This document shows positions 1 to 10,200 of a stretch of 64,000 bases of DNA, piece by piece; positions within the stretch are counted from its first letter, which is position 1, and every line of letters begins with the position of its first letter. The notes under the pieces were generated by a model. The model was not told the origin of the DNA and made no database searches. It saw nothing but the letters and a program-made list of their open reading frames with translations. The stretch comes from an uncultured Fibrobacteria bacterium (GTDB lineage Bacteria > Fibrobacterota > Fibrobacteria > UBA11236). The stretch spans positions 1,504,001-1,568,000 of the forward strand of contig OY970309.1 of the NCBI GenBank assembly GCA_963716395.1. Direction: 5' to 3'. Both the position numbers and the translations under genes were made by a program.

Positions 1-71
1 GCCGCGGCCTGGCGCACCACTTCGGATCCCGCCAATCCCGTAGCGCCGGTGACGAGGATTTTCTGGCGCAT
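1..71 (-). CDS. NAD(P)-binding Rossmann-fold protein (epimerase/NmrA-like), N-terminus only; runs off window
   Basis: Manual translation from ATG at 71: MRQKILVTGATGLAGSEVVRQAA, a GxxGxxG dinucleotide-binding motif. Confidence 0.75.
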   Translation of the reverse strand, partial: MRQKILVTGATGLAGSEVVRQAA

Positions 72-159
72 GCGCAACGCTCCCGGCCGGTTAACTGGAT
101 CCGGAATGATAATTATCGCTTCCCGGCGGGCCCGTGGATGCGGCAGGGCGTGGCGGGGT

Positions 160-531
160 TCAGGCGACGATTTTTTTGACGGATTCGATCACCATGTAGG
201 TTCCCAGGCCGACGATGAAGGCGCCAAAGAGCAGCCGCAGGTAATTTCCGTTGATCCGGTTCGCCATCAGCGCGCCCAGCCACGCGCCCAGGAGCAGCGC
301 CGGCACGATGAACAGCACGGATTTCAACCGCACATGCCCGTGCCCGTAATACTCCAGCACGGCGCCCAAGGTGACCGGGGGCAACAGCGAGGCCAGGCTG
401 GTGCCCACGGCCGTGGTGGGGGCGTATCCGGCCAGATAGATCAAGCCGGGCACGATGAGCACGCCGCCGCCGATGCCGAACAGGCCGGAGGCGATGCCCG
501 CGATCAATCCGATGCCGATGAGAAGCAACAT
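160..531 (-). CDS. Sulfite exporter TauE/SafE family (half-size) membrane protein
   Basis: GLIAGIASGLFGIGGGVLIVP motif, A.GTSL motif, hydrophobic throughout. Confidence 0.85.
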   Translation of the reverse strand: MLLLIGIGLIAGIASGLFGIGGGVLIVPGLIYLAGYAPTTAVGTSLASLLPPVTLGAVLEYYGHGHVRLKSVLFIVPALLLGAWLGALMANRINGNYLRLLFGAFIVGLGTYMVIESVKKIVA

Positions 532-574
532 GTGGTCTCCGCTGGGCTGGGGTGAAAGTCACAAAATGGGCGCT

Positions 575-1018
575 TCATGCGAGCGTTCCCGCGGCGTAAC
601 GCGCAATCCATTGCTGCAGGACGGCGGATTCCTGTTCCCGCAATTCCGCCTGCCAGGTACGGGCCGGTTGGTCCCCCGCCGCCGCTTCGATTTCCAGCCG
701 ACCGTCGCGAATGCGGATGGAGCGCAACTGGGAAAAATTCCCGGGTAAAACTCCGGTCCGCTTGGATTTCCCCGAACCGGGCACAAGGATTTGCTCCACC
801 TCGCGGAACCACCCTTCCTGGAAATTCAAAATCTCTTGCTCGAGAAAGTACAGCCGCCCGCGCGCGGAATACTTCATGATTCTCGAAGGGTTGACGCGGC
901 GGTGGAAAATGGAGAAGGCGTAGCGTTGGCGTGCGTCTTTCAAAATCCGGTTGACGGCGGTTTTGCGGTAGGCGATGAAAGCCAGCAGCAAAACGGGAAC
1001 GACCAGTATCCAAAGCAT
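575..1018 (-). CDS. Hypothetical membrane-anchored protein
   Basis: N-terminal TM helix (MLWILVVPVLLLAFIAY), globular remainder, co-oriented with TauE gene. Confidence 0.6.
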   Translation of the reverse strand: MLWILVVPVLLLAFIAYRKTAVNRILKDARQRYAFSIFHRRVNPSRIMKYSARGRLYFLEQEILNFQEGWFREVEQILVPGSGKSKRTGVLPGNFSQLRSIRIRDGRLEIEAAAGDQPARTWQAELREQESAVLQQWIARYAAGTLA

Positions 1019-1233
1019 ATCCGTTTCCGCGGTTTCCCCTCCGTCCGACTTCGAGGCAAAAGATATTCAGAACGCTTTCGGTGTCTGCGCCGGACAGACG
1101 CGCAAGTTTCCGGCGGGCGCTTTGCCGCCGCATCGCGCGGCCAGGCCAGCGCCAAGGTCGGGCGGGCGACGGTGGTCATCGACGCGTTACCTGCGTGGGC
1201 GGAAATCGCGATTGCTAATTTCCTCCCCCGGAA

Positions 1234-3690
1234 ATGCTCGGATCGCGCGCTTGGGCCGCTTTTGTTGGGGCGGCCTTTTCACTTTACGCCCAGGATCTGG
1301 TTCCGATTCCGCAGGCCCCGCGCCCCGATACGGCGGCGGCCGACAGCGCCAAGGCCCGCGCCGCCGCCGCGGATACCTCCGGCGATTCCGTGTCGTATGC
1401 GGCCGAACGCATTCGCTTTCGCGATGACCGCTTTTCGCTTTCCGACGGGGCCTGGCTCAAGTACAAGGGTTCGACCCTGACGGCCGATTCCATCGTGTAC
1501 TTCGCCCATGACGACGTGGTCGAAGCCTTGGGGGCCCCCCTGCTGGAAGACAAACTCAACCCTCCCATTCTCGGGTACCGGATGCGTTACAATTTGAAAA
1601 CCAAGGTGGGCACGGTGTATTACGGTTCGTCCAAGCGCAACAACCAGACCCTGGACGGCGTGGAAATCCGCCGCGAGCCCGACGGCGACATTTACATTGC
1701 GCGCGGCGATTTCTCCACCTGCGATTTGCCCGACAAGCACTATTTCTTCTACGCGCGGCGCATGATCGTCGAGCCTAATGATCAAATCCTTTCCGGACCC
1801 ATCGTGATGAACATCGCCGACGTCCCCGTGGCGGTGCTGCCCATGATGCTGGTGCCGCTCGGTAAAGGGCGCCGCTCGGGGCTCTTGCAGCCCAAGTTCG
1901 GCGGCGATCAAACTCAGGGTTTCTACATGAGCAATCTCGGCTATTACTGGGCCATCAACGATTACACCGATTTTCTGGCTTCGGGCGACATCGTCGAAGG
2001 CCAAAGCGGCACGTTCGATAATACCGATCTCAACACGGTGTTCCGGTGGAACAAGCGCTACGTCTGGAACGGATCGCTGAGCGGCAAGACCTATGTCTCG
2101 CAATTCGACCCCGGCACGGCGGGCGGCGTGCTCGATTTCACCAATGACCTCAACCTCACGCCCGACGGCCGCCAAACCTTGATCGGCAGCGGCCGGCTGC
2201 AATCCGATCCCACCATCGTGCAGCGCAACGCGCTGACGACCGCCGACGCCCTGGAGCAGACGGCCAATGCCAGCCTGGGCTACCGCCGCCAATTCGATTG
2301 GAACCAGGCCACGTTGAACGTCGACTTGACCCAGGTCGACGATCTCACCCAGAATAATATCGATCGCAGCCTTCCGGACGTGAACTTCCACGTGGGCGGC
2401 CCCTTGGTGCCGGCTCCCGAGGATGAGCCGACGGGCGCAGTAGAGCCCTGGTACCGCAAGTGGAGCTGGGACTACGCCAGCCATTTCAATGTCGATCAGG
2501 TACAGCGCCCCGTCTTGGATCTCGCCCCGGGCGATACCAGCGTGTATGCCGGCTACAGCGATCAACTCGCCTTTTCCGGCAAATACGCGGCGTCGTATTT
2601 CAACCTCACGCCCTCGCTCAACTTTTCCCAACTGTGGTCGCTGGATTCGCGCACGGGGGACAGCACGCAGCCTTTTCACGCGGCCTGGGATCCCGCCCAC
2701 CGCGAAATCGGCGATTATTTCTTTGCCTGGAACACGGGCCTGACCGCCGACACCCGCCTGTACGGTATCGCCCAGGCCGGCGATCATCCCTGGTTCGGGC
2801 GCCTGGCGGCCGTGCGCCATACGCTCACGCCCAGCGTCAGCCTGACCTACGCGCCCCATCTCGACACCAACACGCATTTTTACGGCGACCCCAAAATCGG
2901 CGGTACGCCCTACCAGTCCGAACAGAAAACGCTGGGCTTTCAGCTCGGCAACGACGTCGACCTCAAGCTCGCCGATCCCGATTCGGCGAAGAAGAAGCCT
3001 TCGCCCTACAAATTGCTTTCGTCCAGCAGCCAACTGGCGTACAATTTCGCGGACAAAACGCGCCCCTGGTCCGACCTGACCAGCACGTTCAGCCTGTACC
3101 TCACCCGCAACGTGGCGTTTACCGTGACGGCCGATCATACCTTGTACGACGATTTCGCGGCCGATTCGTCGCAGCGCAACCAGTTGACGTCGCCCATTCT
3201 CAAGAGCTGGGGATTCGGCTGGCGCAAGGGCGTCGAATTGAGCGGCGGCTTCAGCGACGGTTTGCACGTGCGCGACACGCGCGGCCAGCCCACCGCGGAA
3301 TTCGAGCAGACGCCCTGGTCGGCCTCGCTCAATTACAGTTTCGATTTCAGCGCGCAACGCGTGGGCAGCACGGGCGGTTCGGCTCCCGCGCGCTTCTTCG
3401 GCGCTTCGGAATACTATGAAGTCACGCGCACGCACCAGGCCTCGGCCAGCCTGAACCTCAATCCCACGGCGGGATGGAAGATGTCGTACAACACCCAATT
3501 CAATTTTTCCGAAGGCCGGTTTTCACAGCACGAGTTTTCCTTCGAGCGCGATCTGCATTGCTGGCGCATGGATTTTCACTGGACGCCGGTGGGCGTGGCC
3601 GAAGGCTGGAACTTCTCCATCTACATCGTCGATCTGCCGGACATCAAGTTGCAAACCAGCGACACCCATCTCCACCCCTTGGTTCAATAG
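1234..3690 (+). CDS. lptD: Putative LPS-assembly outer-membrane protein LptD
   Basis: Signal peptide, OstA-like N-domain, FSTCD motif, 'RRSGLLQPKFG', C-terminal 'RDLHCW' typical of FCB-type LptD. Confidence 0.8.
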   Translation: MLGSRAWAAFVGAAFSLYAQDLVPIPQAPRPDTAAADSAKARAAAADTSGDSVSYAAERIRFRDDRFSLSDGAWLKYKGSTLTADSIVYFAHDDVVEALGAPLLEDKLNPPILGYRMRYNLKTKVGTVYYGSSKRNNQTLDGVEIRREPDGDIYIARGDFSTCDLPDKHYFFYARRMIVEPNDQILSGPIVMNIADVPVAVLPMMLVPLGKGRRSGLLQPKFGGDQTQGFYMSNLGYYWAINDYTDFLASGDIVEGQSGTFDNTDLNTVFRWNKRYVWNGSLSGKTYVSQFDPGTAGGVLDFTNDLNLTPDGRQTLIGSGRLQSDPTIVQRNALTTADALEQTANASLGYRRQFDWNQATLNVDLTQVDDLTQNNIDRSLPDVNFHVGGPLVPAPEDEPTGAVEPWYRKWSWDYASHFNVDQVQRPVLDLAPGDTSVYAGYSDQLAFSGKYAASYFNLTPSLNFSQLWSLDSRTGDSTQPFHAAWDPAHREIGDYFFAWNTGLTADTRLYGIAQAGDHPWFGRLAAVRHTLTPSVSLTYAPHLDTNTHFYGDPKIGGTPYQSEQKTLGFQLGNDVDLKLADPDSAKKKPSPYKLLSSSSQLAYNFADKTRPWSDLTSTFSLYLTRNVAFTVTADHTLYDDFAADSSQRNQLTSPILKSWGFGWRKGVELSGGFSDGLHVRDTRGQPTAEFEQTPWSASLNYSFDFSAQRVGSTGGSAPARFFGASEYYEVTRTHQASASLNLNPTAGWKMSYNTQFNFSEGRFSQHEFSFERDLHCWRMDFHWTPVGVAEGWNFSIYIVDLPDIKLQTSDTHLHPLVQ

Positions 3691-3699
3691 GTACCACGC

Positions 3700-4278
3700 A
3701 TGTTTCTGCTTTCGCGTCCCCTGGTGCTCGCCAGCCAGTCGCCCCGACGGGCCCAAATTCTCGCCATGCTGGGATTCGCCTTCACCGTGCAGCCCTCCGG
3801 CTGCGACGAAACCGTTTCGCCGGACATGGATCCCGCCGCCGTTCCCGGCGCGCTGGCGCGCGCCAAGGCGCTGGAGGTGGCCCGTATCCATTCCGAGACG
3901 CTGGTACTGGGAGCCGACACCGTGGTGGTCATCGACGGCATGACGCTGGGCAAACCCGCCGATGCTGCGGCCGCGCGGCACATGCTGCGCCGGCTGCGCG
4001 GCCGCACGCACCGGGTCTACACCGGCGTGGCGGTGGCGCGGGGCGACTCCGTCGTGGCGGCGGAAACCGTGTGCACCGAAGTCGATTTCGCCGAGGTCGC
4101 CGACGCTGATCTGGAAGCCTACGCCCGCGGCGGCGAACCGCTGGATAAGGCCGGCGCCTATGCGGTGCAGGGTCGCGGCGCTTTTCTCGTGCAGGAAATT
4201 CGCGGTTGTTATTTCAACGTGATGGGCCTGCCCGTGCAAGCCACGCTGCGCCTGCTCGCTCCTTTTCGCGCCGTTTAA
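3700..4278 (+). CDS. maf: Maf nucleoside triphosphate pyrophosphatase (YhdE-type)
   Basis: LASQSPRR, GADTVV, LGKP, DKAGAYAVQG, NVMGLP motifs. Confidence 0.93.
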   Translation: MFLLSRPLVLASQSPRRAQILAMLGFAFTVQPSGCDETVSPDMDPAAVPGALARAKALEVARIHSETLVLGADTVVVIDGMTLGKPADAAAARHMLRRLRGRTHRVYTGVAVARGDSVVAAETVCTEVDFAEVADADLEAYARGGEPLDKAGAYAVQGRGAFLVQEIRGCYFNVMGLPVQATLRLLAPFRAV

Positions 4279-4334
4279 ACTCGGACCGGCTGGGAAACTT
4301 CTAGTACATTTTTAAAATCTTCACAGAAATTCGC

Positions 4335-5150
4335 ATGGAAGACGACAAACCTCAATCCGAACCAACTCCCGCCGCGTCGCCCGGGGCCGGGGCCCAGGTG
4401 CGCGCCGCGCGCACGGCTGCCGGTATCGATCCCGCCAAGCTGTGCGCCGATTTGCGCATCTCTACGGCCGCGCTCGAAGCCCTCGAAGCCGGACAATACG
4501 ACCGTCTGCCCGGCGAACCCTATGTGCGCGCGCTGCTGGTATCCCTGGCCCGGTACCTGGGCCTCGATGCGCACAAGTTGGTGCAGGCTTATCAAGCCGA
4601 AATCGGCGTGACCGCCACCAGCGCTCCCATCACTCCGTACAAAGACCTTTCCCAAAACCATGTGCTGGCGCACAAACAAATCTTCATTCTGCTTTTGGCC
4701 GTGCTGCTGTTCGCCATGCTCCTCATTTTGGGCAAAATCAATTCCTCCGGCGGAAAAGCGGCCGCTACGAAAAGCCGGGCCGCGGACACAACCTCCGTGG
4801 TGCCGCCGCCCGATACCTTGCCCGATGCCGATTCGCTGCTGCCTCCCGGCGATTCGGCGGATGAGGAGGACGACAGCGTGGCTGCGATCAAACCCGCGCC
4901 GCCGCCAATCAGGAACCGCGTGGTGGTCAAGCCCCGGGTGGACAGCGTGTGGATTCGGGTGCTCCTGGCCGGCAAGCCCGAAACCGACAAGCTGCTCACT
5001 CTCGGCAAACAAATGGAAGTGGTGCATGACGACACCATCACCATGATCATCGGCAAACACCGGGGCGTGATCTTGAACTTCGCCGATACCACGGTGATTC
5101 CCGCGCGAAAAAGGTTTAGAATAATCGGCAAGCGCATCAGCTATTTCTAA
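4335..5150 (+). CDS. RodZ-like XRE helix-turn-helix membrane protein
   Basis: N-terminal HTH (LRISTAALEALEAGQYDRLPGEPYVRALL..LARYLGLD), single TM, periplasmic beta domain (DSVWIRV). Confidence 0.8.
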   Translation: MEDDKPQSEPTPAASPGAGAQVRAARTAAGIDPAKLCADLRISTAALEALEAGQYDRLPGEPYVRALLVSLARYLGLDAHKLVQAYQAEIGVTATSAPITPYKDLSQNHVLAHKQIFILLLAVLLFAMLLILGKINSSGGKAAATKSRAADTTSVVPPPDTLPDADSLLPPGDSADEEDDSVAAIKPAPPPIRNRVVVKPRVDSVWIRVLLAGKPETDKLLTLGKQMEVVHDDTITMIIGKHRGVILNFADTTVIPARKRFRIIGKRISYF

Positions 5151-5170
5151 GCGCCCGAAAGGACATACGC

Positions 5171-5422
5171 ATGGGCATGTTTCTGGTGGGGTCGGCGTTG
5201 GCGCTGCTGCTTTTAGCCGGTCTTTTGGCCGTGAGCATCAGTCTCGCGGTGCTCGATCAGAGGCTGGCGGATTTGGACCAGGCCATGCAGGGGCGCTACG
5301 GTGCCTGGATGGAGCGGCAGGCCCAAGAAGTACAGGCCAAAAACAGCAAGATTGTAGCGCCTCCGACCAAGCCCGCGGCGCCGGGAGCGCGCCCGTCGGC
5401 CCCCGCGGCCCGAAAGGGTTAA
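5171..5422 (+). CDS. Small hypothetical membrane protein
   Basis: AAGGA SD, TM helix followed by coiled coil; fills the gap between rodZ-like gene and hisB. Confidence 0.55.
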   Translation: MGMFLVGSALALLLLAGLLAVSISLAVLDQRLADLDQAMQGRYGAWMERQAQEVQAKNSKIVAPPTKPAAPGARPSAPAARKG

Positions 5423-5427
5423 TTCCC

Positions 5428-6018
5428 ATGTCCGACCGTTGTGCCACGCTGGCGCGCCAAACGCGCGAAACCCGCGTCGACCTCAGCCTCAACCTTGATG
5501 CCGCTTTGGTCGGTCCGGTGCAGACCGGATCGGGGTTTCTCGATCACATGCTCGATCTGTTCCGCACGCACGGCGGTTTCGGTTTGACCGTAACCTGCCA
5601 GGGCGACACGCAGATCGACATGCACCATAGCGCCGAAGACATCGCCATTTGCCTGGGCTCGGCGCTGCAACAGGCCGTGGGCGATAAAGCCGGCCTGGAA
5701 CGCTACGGCTTCTATTACGTCACCATGGACGAAGCGCTGGCACGCTGTTGCCTCGATCTTTCGGGCCGCATGGCGTTTGTATGGAACGCGGCGTTGCCTG
5801 CGGCGCGTGTCGGCAATCTCGATGTCGAATTGATTCCGCATTTCTTCCAGACCGTGGCCGAAAATGCGCGCATGAACCTGCATTTGGATCTCTTGCGCGG
5901 CTCCAACAACCACCATTGCATCGAGGCGCTGTTCAAAGCCTTCGCCCGCGCCTTGGCTATGGCGGTCTCGCCTTCGCGCCGCATCGCGGGCGTGCCTTCG
6001 ACCAAGGGCGCGCTGTAA
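5428..6018 (+). CDS. hisB: Imidazoleglycerol-phosphate dehydratase
   Basis: RQTRET, FLDHML, DMHHSAED, MDEAL, NNHHCIEALFKAFARAL motifs. Confidence 0.97.
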   Translation: MSDRCATLARQTRETRVDLSLNLDAALVGPVQTGSGFLDHMLDLFRTHGGFGLTVTCQGDTQIDMHHSAEDIAICLGSALQQAVGDKAGLERYGFYYVTMDEALARCCLDLSGRMAFVWNAALPAARVGNLDVELIPHFFQTVAENARMNLHLDLLRGSNNHHCIEALFKAFARALAMAVSPSRRIAGVPSTKGAL

Positions 6019-6040
6019 ACCCTGCGAGACGCTTTTGTGC

Positions 6041-6427
6041 TTACCACACCGCGTCCACGCCGGGATAGCGGTGGATCAGCGCGTCGGGCGTCAGGCACGG
6101 GCAGCTTTGAATCAAGGCCGTGGCCACGATGATGCGGTCGCACGGATCGGCGTGCAAATCGGGCAAAGCCGCCGACCGCACCAGGATTTCGGCCCCGGGT
6201 TCGATTTCGTTTACGCCCAACTCCAGCAGGGCGGAGTGAAACCAGGGGCCGGGATCGAGGGGCAGCCTTAATTTTTTTCGTTTGTGTTTGATCGCGATCT
6301 CGAACGCCGAAATACTGGAAACAAACAGACTTTCGGAGGCGGCGGCGATGCGTTTGCGCGCGGTCTGCGACAGCTGATCGGGATCGGCCGCCAGCCACAG
6401 CAAAACGCAGGTGTCCAACAGCAGCAC
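6041..6427 (-). CDS. vapC: PIN-domain (VapC) toxin, type II TA
   Basis: LLLDTCVLLW, SSISAFEI, HADPCDRIIVATA motifs. Confidence 0.9.
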   Translation of the reverse strand: MLLLDTCVLLWLAADPDQLSQTARKRIAAASESLFVSSISAFEIAIKHKRKKLRLPLDPGPWFHSALLELGVNEIEPGAEILVRSAALPDLHADPCDRIIVATALIQSCPCLTPDALIHRYPGVDAVW

Positions 6428-6428
6428 G

Positions 6429-6697
<269 letters not shown>

Positions 6698-6701
<4 letters not shown>

Positions 6702-7840
6702 CTAGATTTTTGGCCAAAGTCCACTCCCGCCACTTCGCGGTACAGCGCCTCGTATTGCCCCACTGCCAGGTCGGGCGAGAAGAGTTCTTCGGCGCGGCGG
6801 CGCCCGGCCGTGCCCAGTTGTCCGCGCAAATCCGGTGATTTTCCCAATTGCACCGCGTAGTCGGCCATGCGTTCGACGTCACCCGGGTCGGCCAGAAAAC
6901 CGGTTTCGCCATGCGCCACGACTTCGGGAATGCCGCCCGAATTCGACGCGATCACCGGCATTTCGCAGGCCATGGCTTCCAGGGGCGCGAGCCCGAAACT
7001 TTCCAGCTCCGAGGGAAACAAAAACACGTCGCCGCACCCCAGCAAACCCGGCACATCCTGCTGGTTGCCAAGAAAGCGCACGCGCTCCGCCAGGCCGAGT
7101 TGCGCGGCCAGTTCGCGCGCAGGCCGCAGCATCGGGCCTTCGCCCAGCATGACGAGCTTGGCGTCGAGGCTGTGCGCGGCGCGGGCGAAGATGCGAATCA
7201 CGTCTTCGACCCGCTTGATGGGCCGGAAATTGGAAAGGTGCATGAACAGGATTTGCGCGTCGTCGGCGAAGGCGCCGCGGTGGCATTGGCCCCGCCGCTT
7301 GCGGAACAGGCCCGCGTCGACGAAGTTGTAGATGCGCCGCACCGGACGGGTGGGATGAAAGATTTCTTCGGTTTTGGTCCGCAGATACTCCGACACCGCG
7401 GTCACGGCCGAACTGCGCTCGATGCCGAAGCGCGTGACCTCGAAGAAGTTTTTGTCTTGGCCCACCAAGGTGATATCGGTGCCGTGCAAGGTGGTGACGA
7501 CGGGCAGCGGCCGCGGCAGCATCTGGGCCGCCAGAAAGGCGCTGACCGCATGCGGAATGGCGTAATGCACGTGCAGCACGTCGAGCCCTTCGGAAGCCGC
7601 CACTTCGCGCATCTTGGCCGCCAGCGCCAGGTCGTAAGGCGGATGCTCGAACAGCGGATAGGGCTCCATTTCCACGGTGTGGAAAAACAGGTTTTCGTGG
7701 TATTCGCCCCGTAACCGGAAGGGTACGCTCAGGGTGATGAAGTGCACGGCGTGGCCGCGCTGCGCCAGGAATTTTCCCAGCTCCGAGGCCAGTACGCCGC
7801 TGCCGCCCAGCGTCGGGTAACAGGTGATGCCGATTTTCAT
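6698..7840 (-). CDS. bshA: N-acetyl-alpha-D-glucosaminyl L-malate synthase BshA
   Basis: True start MKIGITCYPTLGGSGVLASELG at 7840; HVHYAIPHA, TTLHGTDITLVG, HLSNFRPIKRVEDV, ESFGLAPLEAMAC. Confidence 0.95.
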
Positions 7841-8568
7841 GGATAGCGCTCCTCGCCCAAAGCCGTGGGGTCGGCCACTTCGGCCAGTTCGGCGCAGGCG
7901 AAGGCTTCGGCGTAGCGGCGCTTGATGCGCAAACCCCAGAAGCGGGCCTGGGTTTCGATGGCCTGGAGAAAACCCGGGCGCACCAGATCGGTGCGGCCGC
8001 GGTAGCGGCCGGCCTGGGGATTGTACACCTGGCTGGCATAGCAATGAATGAGGCGCAGCTTCCGCTCCCAGAACGGCGTGATATCCACACAAAACGACGG
8101 CGGATGCGTTTCGGCGCCGATGGCGTAGAAAATGCGCTTGGGACGCCAGGGTTCGCCGCCCGCGAGCTTGCGCAACCCGGCGCGGAAGGCGGCCTCTTTC
8201 ACGCTGCGGGCGGTGTGTTCGTGGTCGGGATGCTCTTCGGAAACGTGGTGGGTGAACAGCACCCGCGGCCGGAAGCGGCGGATGACTTCGATAAGTTTTG
8301 CCTGCACCGCGAGACCGTTCTGCACCCCGCCGTCGCTTTCGCCCAGGCATACGCGCCGCACCTTGAGCGTGCGCGCCGCGGCCGCAGCCTCGCGGGTTCG
8401 CACCGCGGCCGATCCGCGCGTGCCGGTGCCGCCGTCGGTCATGTCGACCAGCACGCCCCGGCGGCCCAGCGATCGCAACCGCAGCAAAGTGCCGCCCGCC
8501 AGAATTTCCATGTCGTCGGGATGGGCCCCAATGGCCATGAAGTCCATTCCGGTTTCGGTTTCCGCCAT
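7837..8568 (-). CDS. bshB1: Bacillithiol biosynthesis deacetylase BshB1 (PIG-L family)
   Basis: AIGAHPDDME, GTRGS...R..EA, HPDH motifs; ATGA overlap with bshA. Confidence 0.9.
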   Translation of the reverse strand: MAETETGMDFMAIGAHPDDMEILAGGTLLRLRSLGRRGVLVDMTDGGTGTRGSAAVRTREAAAAARTLKVRRVCLGESDGGVQNGLAVQAKLIEVIRRFRPRVLFTHHVSEEHPDHEHTARSVKEAAFRAGLRKLAGGEPWRPKRIFYAIGAETHPPSFCVDITPFWERKLRLIHCYASQVYNPQAGRYRGRTDLVRPGFLQAIETQARFWGLRIKRRYAEAFACAELAEVADPTALGEERYP

Positions 8569-8571
8569 TCT

Positions 8572-10200
8572 TCACCCTCCCGCATGCGCCGGCGCGTCGT
8601 CGTCGGCATAGGTCAAAACACGCAAGCCCCCCGCGGGATCGCGCAGGTGTTCCGCCCAGGCGGTGAACCCCGTAGCGCCCAAGGCGTCGTACACCGACAA
8701 CAAATTAAGATGGCGATCCTGCGATCCATTTCCCAGCCAGCGCAAGAGCGGGTGAAAAGAGGCATGGGCCGCGGCGGCTTCGCGCTGGAACACCGCCTGC
8801 CGCGCCGCCTCGCGGTAACGGGCAAAGCCGCGCTCGAGCCTGCGGCCGGCGGCGGCGAGATGGCCGGAACCGGGCAGTACGCTTTCCTGGTAACGCCGAA
8901 GCGACCCGGACAACGCGTCGAATGCGTCCGCGGGAAATTCCGCGGCGGCGCGATGCCCGATCCAAGCCCGCTCGGTGAGCCGCGCGCGCAGACGCGAGGG
9001 GCCGAGGTCGGGCAACTCGCGCGGGCGGAAGTCGAGAGCTTCCAGCCGCCGCCACTCCGCATCGGGGCACAGCACGATCTGTTGGCGGGGGGCGAGCGCC
9101 GGCGGCGAAAATCCGAACGCGGGAAAGACGTCGGCGAGTTGGGCGAAATAGCGTAGTTCGGCGGGACCGAGCACATGGCCCAGTACGGGAAAAACCGTTT
9201 CCGCCGCCAGCGGTCGGCTCAAGGCGCTATGCAGCAAATCCAAGGGACCGGCTTGGGCCGCAAGATCGCGGCTTTCGGCGCCTTGCGCATACACCCGCAC
9301 GCTGCCGCCGACTTCGGTAAAGAACAGGCGCACACGCTGCCCATGGCGCAACATAAAGGCGGGTACCGCTCCCGGCCGTTCCGGAACCTGTAAGCCCAGG
9401 CGCGTGTCTTCCTGCAATCGGCGCGAACCCGTGCGGAACGCGCTTTGAAAGCCCGGCGCTTCGGCCAGCAGGCGGCGGAGCAAGGGCTGCGCCCGGGCGG
9501 CGGCCTCCAGCCCGTCGACGAAAAGCACGCCTTCGGACCCGAGCAGGCGTTGCGCCAAAGTGAGAAACGCTTCGGTGAGGCTGCACCCGGAGCGGTAGCC
9601 GGAGGCCAGGGCCGCGGTATCGGCCTTCCACACCCCGCGCATGTGTTGTTGCAAACTCGCGGCGGCCGCATCGCTGAGCACGCGCAGGCTCATGGGAACG
9701 GGGTCGCGCGGATCGGAAAATTCCAGCGACGTTCCGGCCGCAGGCGCATGGGGTTCGAGCCATTCGACCGCGTTGCATTCGGCCAAGTCCGAATCGTCGC
9801 CGGCCACCCAGAACAGGGGAAGAACCGGTCGGCCTAATTGTTGGCTCAGGCGCCGCGCCCAGGCGGCACAGGTCATGGCTTTGGCATACCACAGCGCCGG
9901 GCCGCCCAGCAGCCCGGGTTGCTGGCCCGTCAATAAAAACAAGGCGCGCGCATCGGCTGCGGCTTCCAGGTTGCGCGTTTGCGCCGGATGCAAGGGGGCG
10001 AAGGCGTTTTGGGTGCGCAGCCAGACGGCCAGCGCGGCGTGATCGCCGGTCCAGGATTCCGCCGCTGCCAGGCGGCGGGCCACGGCGGCGGGGGACTCCA
10101 GGGCGCCGCCGGGAAACAGCGGCGATCCTTCGGGGGACTCGGCGAGGTGACGGGCGGCCGCATCGCGCACCGGCGCCTGATACAGCAGCGATATCTTCAC
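8572..10200 (-). CDS. bshC: Bacillithiol biosynthesis cysteine-adding enzyme BshC
   Basis: TGQQPGLLGGP...YAKA, PLFWVAGDDSDLAE, SALSRPL, GPAELRYFAQL; GTG start overlaps upstream stop (GTGA), GAGGTG SD. Confidence 0.88.
   Translation of the reverse strand: MKISLLYQAPVRDAAARHLAESPEGSPLFPGGALESPAAVARRLAAAESWTGDHAALAVWLRTQNAFAPLHPAQTRNLEAAADARALFLLTGQQPGLLGGPALWYAKAMTCAAWARRLSQQLGRPVLPLFWVAGDDSDLAECNAVEWLEPHAPAAGTSLEFSDPRDPVPMSLRVLSDAAAASLQQHMRGVWKADTAALASGYRSGCSLTEAFLTLAQRLLGSEGVLFVDGLEAAARAQPLLRRLLAEAPGFQSAFRTGSRRLQEDTRLGLQVPERPGAVPAFMLRHGQRVRLFFTEVGGSVRVYAQGAESRDLAAQAGPLDLLHSALSRPLAAETVFPVLGHVLGPAELRYFAQLADVFPAFGFSPPALAPRQQIVLCPDAEWRRLEALDFRPRELPDLGPSRLRARLTERAWIGHRAAAEFPADAFDALSGSLRRYQESVLPGSGHLAAAGRRLERGFARYREAARQAVFQREAAAAHASFHPLLRWLGNGSQDRHLNLLSVYDALGATGFTAWAEHLRDPAGGLRVLTYADDDAPAHAGG

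Noticed and set aside
1279-3498. 739-aa antisense ORF opposite lptD, and similar long shadow ORFs (21544-23451, 28584-29957, 43046-44698, 57952-59424, 61753-63345)
   Set aside because: Typical stop-poor antisense frames of high-GC genes; no motifs, and they largely overlap well-supported genes
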